Position numbers and translations under genes: made by a program. The notes beneath the pieces are model-generated. The model ran no database searches, had not been told where the DNA came from, and worked only from the letters and a program-made list of their open reading frames with translations. A stretch of DNA of 64,000 nt, from contig CM097888.1 in NCBI GenBank assembly GCA_044892525.1, positions 34,100,001 to 34,164,000 on the forward strand, in the 5' to 3' direction. Below, piece after piece: positions 57,801-64,000 of this stretch; position 1 is the first letter of the stretch; each line of letters opens with the position of its first letter. The DNA comes from Schmidtea polychroa (lineage: Eukaryota).

Positions 57801-60800
57801 CCGAATGTTTCGCTTCCTACTTCAATATATTTACTCTCTACACTACTACCGAAGTCAACTGTGTCTTTGAGTTTTTCGAAAGAAACATCTGCAATTTCAC
57901 TATCTTTCACTGATTCACTACTCATATCTATAGCCTCTGCTTTATAGTCAGTTAACTTATTTGAAGCCTTTGTATCTTTTTCCAAGCTCGTATGTGTCAA
58001 TTCGATTATTCCAGTTTCAGTTGCAATGTTTTCAGATTTGATCTAAACACGAGAAAACATTTCTTAAAAATGTCCAAAATGTTTTGTAGTTTTTTTAAAC
58101 GATAATTTATTATTATAAAAAGTAATTAAAAGAAATGAATAAAAAATATGTTTAATGAAAATTTAATAAATATCATGATAAATGTATCAAACATTGCTTT
58201 AGTGTTATAAATTGTAGGAAAAAAATTAATTTTATTTACCTCTATTTCACTGAAACATTCTTCCATTGTTGATTTCATTTCGTAGCCAGATTCCATGTTG
58301 TGAGTCTTTGTTTCTTCGAATTGTATTTCAACGGTGCAATATTTAATGTCTTCATCTGATGATATGATGGTTGTTGAATAAACTGATTTTTCTGTTTCAA
58401 ACATTTCGCTTTCATGCTTAATCTCTCGACACCATTCTCCACTATATTCAACATGCTCAATTACATTTTCTATGCTAATATCCTCTATTGTCGGCTTAGC
58501 TGTTGAAGTAGCAATATCTAGCATTGGAATCTCCCAACTTACACTCTCATTTTCGATTAACAGTCTTTCTGATTCTTCATCCGGTTTCTGTATAGGAACT
58601 ATTTCTTCGACAATTTCAACAGTTTCACTTTCAACTGTGCAGCAACTCAATTCAAACATCGACGACTCATCTATCACTTTCACTCCTACTGTCATTACAC
58701 CGACTTCTACAGTTTCTATCATTTGATCTACTTGACTGTCTTCCATACTTATTGTATATTCACTTGAACATTCTACAATCACACTTCTGAATTCTGATCC
58801 GACCTCGACTGCCTTAGAACCAACATGACTCCAACTTTCTTCAATTGATTTACATTCAAAACTGCTTTCACTATCAACTGTCTCACACATGAACTCAGTC
58901 ATTGTTTCTTGGAATTTTCCTACAGCTTCATGACTTGTTAATGTATCAATGAATACAATATGCTTTTCTCCGAATGTTTCGCTTCCTACTTCAATCAATT
59001 TACTCTCTACACTACTACCGAAGTCAACTGTGTCTTTGAGTTTTTCGAAAGAAACATCTGCAATTTCACTATCTTTCACTGATTCACTACTCATATCTAT
59101 AGCCTCTGCTTTATAGTCAGTTAACTTATTTGAAGCCTTTGTATCTTTTTCCAAGCTCGTATGTGTCAATTCGATTATTCCAGTTTCAGTTGCAATGTTT
59201 TCAGATTTGATCTAAACACGAGAAAACATTTCTTAAAAGTGTTCAAAATGTTTTGTAGATTTGTTTAAACGATAATTTATCATTATAAAAAGTGATTTAA
59301 AGAAATGAATAAAAAATATGTTTAATGAAAATTTAATAAATATCATGATAAATGTATCAAATATTGCTTTAGTGCTATAAATTGTAGAAAAAAATTAATT
59401 TTATTTACCTCTATTTCACTGAAACATTCTTCCATTGTTGATTTCATTTCGTAGCCAGATTCCATGTTGCGAGTCTTTGTTTCTTCGAATTGTATTTCAA
59501 CGGTGCAATATTTAATGTCTTCATCTGATGATATGATGGTTGTTGAATAAACTGATTTTTCTGTTTCAAACATTTCGCTTTCATGCTTAATCTCTCGACA
59601 CCATTCTCCACTATATTCAACATGCTCAATTACATTTTCTATGCTAATATCCTCTATTGTCGGCTTAGCTGTTGAAGTAGCAATATCTAGCATTGGAATC
59701 TCCCAACTTACACTCTCATTTTCGATTAACAGTCTTTCTGATTCTTCATCCGGTTTCTGTATAGGAACTATTTCTTCGACAATTTCAACAGTTTCACATT
59801 CAACTGTGCAGCAACTCAATTCAAACATCGACGACTCATCTATCACTTTCACTCCTACTGTCATTACACCGACTTCTACAGTTTCTATCATTTGATCTAC
59901 TTGACTGTCTTCCATACTTATTGTATATTCACTTGAACATTCTACAATCACACTTCTGAATTCTGATCCGACCTCGACTGCCTTAGAACCAACATGACTC
60001 CAACTTTCTTCAATTGATTTACATTCAAAACTGCTTTCACTATCAACTGTCTCACACATGAACTCAGTCATTGTTTCTTGGAATTTTCCTACAGCTTCAT
60101 GACTAGTTAATGTATCAATGAATACAATATGCTTTTCTCCGAATGTTTCGCTTCCTACTTCAATATATTTACTCTCTACACTACTACCGAAGTCAACTGT
60201 GTCTTTGAGTTTTTCGAAAGAAACATCTGCAATTTCACTATCTTTCACTGATTCACTACTCATATCTATAGCCTCTGCTTTATAGTCAGTTAACTTATTT
60301 GAAGCCTTTGTATCTTTTTCCAAGCTCGTATGTGTCAATTCGATTATTCCAGTTTCAGTTGCAATGTTTTCAGATTTGATCTAAACACGAGAAAACATTT
60401 CTTAAAAATGTCCAAAATGTTTTGTAGTTTTTTTAAACGATAATTTATTATTATAAAAAGTAATTAAAAGAAATGAATAAAAAATATGTTTAATGAAAAT
60501 TTAATAAATATCATGATAAATGTATCAAACATTGCTTTAGTGTTATAAATTGTAGGAAAAAAATTAATTTTATTTACCTCTATTTCACTGAAACATTCTT
60601 CCATTGTTGATTTCATTTCGTAGCCAGATTCCATGTTGTGAGTCTTTGTTTCTTCGAATTGTATTTCAACGGTGCAATATTTAATGTCTTCATCTGATGA
60701 TATGATGGTTGTTGAATAAACTGATTTTTCTGTTTCAAACATTTCGCTTTCATGCTTAATCTCTCGACACCATTCTCCACTATATTCAACATGCTCAATT

Positions 60801-63800
60801 ACATTTTCTATGCTAATATCCTCTATTGTCGGCTTAGCTGTTGAAGTAGCAATATCTAGCATTGGAATCTCCCAACTTACACTCTCATTTTCGATTAACA
60901 GTCTTTCTGATTCTTCATCCGGTTTCTGTATAGGAACTATTTCTTCGACAATTTCAACAGTTTCACTTTCAACTGTGCAGCAACTCAATTCAAACATCGA
61001 CGACTCATCTATCACTTTCACTCCTACTGTCATTACACCGACTTCTACAGTTTCTATCATTTGATCTACTTGACTGTCTTCCATACTTATTGTATATTCA
61101 CTTGAACATTCTACAATCACACTTCTGAATTCTGATCCGACCTCGACTGCCTTAGAACCAACATGACTCCAACTTTCTTCAATTGATTTACATTCAAAAC
61201 TGCTTTCACTATCAACTGTCTCACACATGAACTCAGTCATTGTTTCTTGGAATTTTCCTACAGCTTCATGACTTGTTAATGTATCAATGAATACAATATG
61301 CTTTTCTCCGAATGTTTCGCTTCCAACTTCAATCAATTTACTCTCTACACTACTACCGAAGTCAACTGTGTCTTTGAGTTTTTCGAAAGAAACATCTGCA
61401 ATTTCACTATCTTTCACTGATTCACTACTCATATCTATAGCCTCTGCTTTATAGTCAGTTAACTTATTTGAAGCCTTTGTATCTTTTTCCAAGCTCGTAT
61501 GTGTCAATTCGATTATTCCAGTTTCAGTTGCAATGTTTTCAGATTTGATCTAAACACGAGAAAACATTTCTTAAAAATGTCCAAAATGTTTTGTAGTTTT
61601 TTTAAACGATAATTTATTATTATAAAAAGTAATTAAAAGAAATGAATAAAAAATATGTTTAATGAAAATTTAATAAATATCATGATAAATGTATCAAACA
61701 TTGCTTTAGTGCTATAAATTGTAGAAAAAAATTAATTTTATTTACCTCTATTTCACTGAAACATTCTTCCATTGTTGATTTCATTTCGTAGCCAGATTCC
61801 ATGTTGCGAGTCTTTGTTTCTTCGAATTGTATTTCAACGGTGCAATATTTAATGTCTTCATCTGATGATATGATGGTTGTTGAATAAACTGATTTTTCTG
61901 TTTCAAACATTTCGCTTTCATGCTTAATCTCTCGACACCATTCTCCACTATATTCAACATGCTCAATTACATTTTCTATGCTAATATCCTCTATTGTCGG
62001 CTTAGCGGTTGAAGTAGCAATATCTAGCATTGGAATCTCCCAACTTACACTCTCATTTTCGATTAACAGTCTTTCTGATTCTTCATCCGGTTTCTGTATA
62101 GGAACTATTTCTTCGACAATTTCAACAGTTTCACATTCAACTGTGCAGCAACTCAATTCAAACATCGACGACTCATCTATCACTTTCACTCCTACTGTCA
62201 TTACACCGACTTCTACAGTTTCTATCATTTGATCTACTTGACTGTCTTCCATACTTATTGTATATTCACTTGAACATTCTACAATCACACTTCTGAATTC
62301 TGATCCGACCTCGACTGCCTTAGAACCAACATGACTCCAACTTTCTTCAATTGATTTACATTCAAAACTGCTTTCACTATCAACTGTCTCACACATGAAC
62401 TCAGTCATTGTTTCTTGGAATTTTCCTACAGCTTCATGACTTGTTAATGTATCAATGAATACAATATGCTTTTCTCCGAATGTTTCGCTTCCTACTTCAA
62501 TCAATTTACTCTCTACACTACTACCGAAGTCAACTGTGTCTTTGAGTTTTTCGAAAGAAACTTCTGCAATTTCACTATCTTTCACTGATTCACTACTCAT
62601 ATCTATAGCCTCTGCTTTATAGTCAGTTAACTTATTTGAAGCCTTTGTATCTTTTTCCAAGCTCGTATGTGTCAATTCGATTATTCCAGTTTCAGTTGCA
62701 ATGTTTTCAGATTTGATCTAAACACGAGAAAACATTTCTTAAAAATGTCCAAAATGTTTTGTAGTTTTTTTAAACGATAATTTATTATTATAAAATGTAA
62801 TTAAAAGAAATGAATAAAAAATATGTTTAATGAAAATTTAATAAATATCATGATAAATGTATCAAACATTGCTTTAGTGCTATAAATTGTAGAAAAAAAT
62901 TAATTTTATTTACCTCTATTTCACTGAAACATTCTTCCATTGTTGATTTCATTTCGTAGCCAGATTCCATGTTGTGAGTCTTTGTTTCTTCGAATTGTAT
63001 TTCAACGGTGCAATATTTAATGTCTTCATCTGATGATATGATGGTTGTTGAATAAACTGATTTTTCTGTTTCAAACATTTCGCTTTCATGCTTAATCTCT
63101 CGACACCATTCTCCACTATATTCAACATGCTCAATTACATTTTCTATGCTAATATCCTCTATTGTCGGCTTAGCGGTTGAAGTAGCAATATCTAGCATTG
63201 GAATCTCCCAACTTACACTCTCATTTTCGATTAACAGTCTTTCTGATTCTTCATCCGGTTTCTGTATAGGAACTATTTCTTCGACAATTTCAACAGTTTC
63301 ACATTCAACTGTGCAGCAACTCAATTCAAACATCGACAACTCATCTATCACTTTCACTCCTACTGTCATTACACCGACTTCTACAGTTTCTATCATTTGA
63401 TCTACTTGACTGTCTTCCATACTTATTGTATATTCACTTGAACATTCTACAATCACACTTCTGAATTCTGATCCGACCTCGACTGCCTTAGAACCAACAT
63501 GACTCCAACTTTCTTCAATTGATTTACATTCAAAACTGCTTTCACTATCAACTGTCTCACACATGAACTCAGTCATTGTTTCTTGGAATTTTCCTACAGC
63601 TTCATGACTTGTTAATGTATCAATGAATACAATATGCTTTTCTCCGAATGTTTCGCTTCCTACTTCAATCAATTTACTCTCTACACTACTACCGAAGTCA
63701 ACTGTGTCTTTGAGTTTTTCGAAAGAAACTTCTGCAATTTCACTATCTTTCACTGATTCACTACTCATATCTATAGCCTCTGCTTTATAGTCAGTTAACT

Positions 63801-63885
63801 TATTTGAAGCCTTTGTATCTTTTTCCAAGCTCGTATGTGTCAATTCGATTATTCCAGTTTCAGTTGCAATGTTTTCAGATTTGAT
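1..63885 (-). CDS. Interior of a giant multi-exon gene: 54 complete 972-nt phase-0 exons plus a partial one, encoding tandem 324-aa acidic E/S/T/V/I-rich repeats (uncharacterised; 5' and 3' ends outside window)
   Basis: Every unit has acceptor TTTTCTCGTGTTTAG|ATC AAA TCT (IKSENIATETGIIELTHTSLEK...) and donor ...GAA ATA GAG|GTAAAT (...MEECFSEIE). 972 = 324x3, so joins stay in frame. No stop or indel seen in any exon; GC falls from about 35% to about 18% at the junctions. Splicing is inferred, not observed. Confidence 0.8.
804..1000 (-). other. Repeated GT-AG intron (representative, 197 nt; 196 nt in most units)
   Basis: Minus strand begins GTAAATAAAATT at 1000 and ends GTGTTTAG at 804; 35 G+C in 197 nt. 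The same intron lies between every pair of exons listed. Confidence 0.8.
1001..1972 (-). CDS. Exon U1, 324-aa repeat
   Basis: AG/GT bounded; private I>N, T>S, I>V. Confidence 0.75.
2169..3140 (-). CDS. Exon U2
   Basis: AG/GT bounded; A>V, G>D, S>I, H>L, K>Q. Confidence 0.75.
3338..4309 (-). CDS. Exon U3
   Basis: AG/GT bounded; S>N. Confidence 0.75.
4507..5478 (-). CDS. Exon U4
   Basis: AG/GT bounded; S>N, V>L. Confidence 0.75.
5675..6646 (-). CDS. Exon U5
   Basis: AG/GT bounded; S>N. Confidence 0.75.
6843..7814 (-). CDS. Exon U6
   Basis: AG/GT bounded; S>N, V>L. Confidence 0.75.
8011..8982 (-). CDS. Exon U7
   Basis: AG/GT bounded; consensus protein. Confidence 0.75.
9179..10150 (-). CDS. 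Exon U8
   Basis: AG/GT bounded; F>L. Confidence 0.75.
10347..11318 (-). CDS. Exon U9
   Basis: AG/GT bounded; G>D, T>N. Confidence 0.75.
11516..12487 (-). CDS. Exon U10
   Basis: AG/GT bounded; consensus protein. Confidence 0.75.
12684..13655 (-). CDS. Exon U11
   Basis: AG/GT bounded; G>D. Confidence 0.75.
13853..14824 (-). CDS. Exon U12
   Basis: AG/GT bounded; G>D, S>C at exon codon 3. Confidence 0.75.
15021..15992 (-). CDS. Exon U13
   Basis: AG/GT bounded; consensus protein. Confidence 0.75.
16189..17160 (-). CDS. Exon U14
   Basis: AG/GT bounded; G>D. Confidence 0.75.
17357..18328 (-). CDS. Exon U15
   Basis: AG/GT bounded; G>D. Confidence 0.75.
18525..19496 (-). CDS. Exon U16
   Basis: AG/GT bounded; consensus protein. 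Confidence 0.75.
19693..20664 (-). CDS. Exon U17
   Basis: AG/GT bounded; consensus protein. Confidence 0.75.
20861..21832 (-). CDS. Exon U18
   Basis: AG/GT bounded; consensus protein. Confidence 0.75.
22029..23000 (-). CDS. Exon U19
   Basis: AG/GT bounded; E>G, R>H. Confidence 0.75.
23197..24168 (-). CDS. Exon U20
   Basis: AG/GT bounded; R>H. Confidence 0.75.
24365..25336 (-). CDS. Exon U21
   Basis: AG/GT bounded; R>H. Confidence 0.75.
25533..26504 (-). CDS. Exon U22
   Basis: AG/GT bounded; R>H. Confidence 0.75.
26701..27672 (-). CDS. Exon U23
   Basis: AG/GT bounded; consensus protein. Confidence 0.75.
27869..28840 (-). CDS. Exon U24
   Basis: AG/GT bounded; C>S, R>H. Confidence 0.75.
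29037..30008 (-). CDS. Exon U25
   Basis: AG/GT bounded; RNM>HKL. Confidence 0.75.
30205..31176 (-). CDS. Exon U26
   Basis: AG/GT bounded; R>H. Confidence 0.75.
31373..32344 (-). CDS. Exon U27
   Basis: AG/GT bounded; R>H. Confidence 0.75.
32541..33512 (-). CDS. Exon U28
   Basis: AG/GT bounded; consensus protein. Confidence 0.75.
33709..34680 (-). CDS. Exon U29
   Basis: AG/GT bounded; C>S, R>H. Confidence 0.75.
34877..35848 (-). CDS. Exon U30
   Basis: AG/GT bounded; RNM>HKL. Confidence 0.75.
36045..37016 (-). CDS. Exon U31
   Basis: AG/GT bounded; F>K, R>H. Confidence 0.75.
37213..38184 (-). CDS. Exon U32
   Basis: AG/GT bounded; R>H. Confidence 0.75.
38381..39352 (-). CDS. Exon U33
   Basis: AG/GT bounded; consensus protein. 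Confidence 0.75.
39549..40520 (-). CDS. Exon U34
   Basis: AG/GT bounded; consensus protein. Confidence 0.75.
40717..41688 (-). CDS. Exon U35
   Basis: AG/GT bounded; C>S, R>H. Confidence 0.75.
41885..42856 (-). CDS. Exon U36
   Basis: AG/GT bounded; consensus protein. Confidence 0.75.
43053..44024 (-). CDS. Exon U37
   Basis: AG/GT bounded; consensus protein. Confidence 0.75.
44221..45192 (-). CDS. Exon U38
   Basis: AG/GT bounded; K>M. Confidence 0.75.
45389..46360 (-). CDS. Exon U39
   Basis: AG/GT bounded; consensus protein. Confidence 0.75.
46557..47528 (-). CDS. Exon U40
   Basis: AG/GT bounded; G>D, E>D. Confidence 0.75.
47725..48696 (-). CDS. Exon U41
   Basis: AG/GT bounded; C>S, R>H. 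Confidence 0.75.
48893..49864 (-). CDS. Exon U42
   Basis: AG/GT bounded; C>S, R>H. Confidence 0.75.
50061..51032 (-). CDS. Exon U43
   Basis: AG/GT bounded; C>S, V>G, R>H. Confidence 0.75.
51229..52200 (-). CDS. Exon U44
   Basis: AG/GT bounded; D>E. Confidence 0.75.
52397..53368 (-). CDS. Exon U45
   Basis: AG/GT bounded; C>S, R>H. Confidence 0.75.
53565..54536 (-). CDS. Exon U46
   Basis: AG/GT bounded; D>E. Confidence 0.75.
54733..55704 (-). CDS. Exon U47
   Basis: AG/GT bounded; C>S, R>H. Confidence 0.75.
55705..55901 (-). other. Divergent intron allele, copy 1
   Basis: About 9 differences from consensus intron including a 1-nt insertion; GT/AG ends intact. Confidence 0.85.
55902..56873 (-). 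CDS. Exon U48
   Basis: AG/GT bounded; L>Y, R>H. Confidence 0.75.
57071..58042 (-). CDS. Exon U49 (chimeric)
   Basis: AG/GT bounded; L>Y, C>S, R>H. Confidence 0.75.
58240..59211 (-). CDS. Exon U50
   Basis: AG/GT bounded; C>S, R>H. Confidence 0.75.
59212..59408 (-). other. Divergent intron allele, copy 2
   Basis: Same variants as 55705-55901 except the one nearest the acceptor (gagaaaac rather than gagaaaat). Confidence 0.85.
59409..60380 (-). CDS. Exon U51
   Basis: AG/GT bounded; L>Y. Confidence 0.75.
60578..61549 (-). CDS. Exon U52
   Basis: AG/GT bounded; C>S, R>H. Confidence 0.75.
61746..62717 (-). CDS. Exon U53
   Basis: AG/GT bounded; D>E. Confidence 0.75.
62914..63885 (-). CDS. Exon U54 (most 5' complete exon in window)
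   Basis: AG/GT bounded; D>E, S>L, R>H. Confidence 0.75.
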
Positions 63886-64000
63886 CTAAACACGAGAAAA
63901 CATTTCTTAAAAATGTCCAAAATGTTTTGTAGATTTTTTAAACGATAATTTATTATTATAAAAAGTAATTAAAAGAAATGAATAAAAAATATGTTTAATG
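63886..64000 (-). other. 3' part of repeated intron, truncated by window edge
   Basis: Acceptor GTGTTTAG ends at 63886; matches the other introns, with a gtagattttt variant. Confidence 0.7.

Larger units (their letters stand above)
1..64000. repeat. Head-to-tail tandem array of 1168/1169-bp units, about 54.8 copies, open at both ends
   Basis: ORF-track high coordinates recur every 1168 nt (1169 at 10 junctions) from 1930 to 63843; direct reading shows near-identical units with no interruption. Confidence 0.99.

Noticed and set aside
1036-63134. Repeated 61-aa minus-strand ORF (MSMLNIVE...)
   Set aside because: Short alternative-frame ORF nested entirely within the main exon; recurs only because the unit is repeated.
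64-63400. Repeated 84-aa plus-strand ORF (MLISSIVG...)
   Set aside because: Antisense shadow of the E/D/V-rich exon; its S/T/I-rich composition is the reverse complement of GAA/GAT-type codons. No independent support.
887-63843. 54 stand-alone 331/347-aa genes as given by the ORF track
   Set aside because: The 'M' is a TTG codon 14 codons inside an open frame that begins at a splice acceptor. The C-termini are AT-rich intron read-through and change with an intronic 1-nt indel. Only about 170 nt or less separate consecutive ORFs and no promoter or RBS was recognised. The exon model explains all of this.
1-63885. Naming the gene titin/sallimus (PEVK)
   Set aside because: Only 4 Pro per 324 aa and no Ig or Fn3 domains in the window; size and acidity alone do not justify a gene symbol.
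1-64000. CRISPR array, rDNA/5S/tRNA array or transposon array
   Set aside because: No unique spacers, no recognisable rRNA or tRNA sequence, no terminal inverted repeats, LTRs, target-site duplications or transposase/RT motifs.

Overview
The whole 64-kb window is one head-to-tail tandem array of a 1168/1169-bp unit (about 54.8 copies, roughly 99% identical by eye); both array ends lie outside the window. On the minus strand each unit resolves into a 972-nt stop-free segment (324 codons, about 35% GC by sampling) and a 196/197-nt spacer (about 18% GC). The spacer is bounded by a GAG|GTAAAT donor and a TTTTCTCGTGTTTAG|ATC acceptor, both in phase 0. The best reading is therefore eukaryotic: the interior of one giant minus-strand gene built from tandemly iterated exon+intron cassettes. 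It contains 54 complete identical-length exons plus a partial one, about 17,700 aa of a very acidic E/S/T/V/I-rich, Cys-containing repeat of unrecognised family. The 331/347-aa ORFs in the track are these exons with a spurious TTG start and intron read-through. Copy-specific variants record dimer and pentamer higher-order repeats, a chimeric unit, a divergent intron allele and several multi-nucleotide substitutions. No rRNA, tRNA, CRISPR or mobile element was recognised. Splicing, expression, organism and assembly copy number cannot be confirmed from sequence alone. Units are numbered left to right (U0-U54), opposite to transcription.
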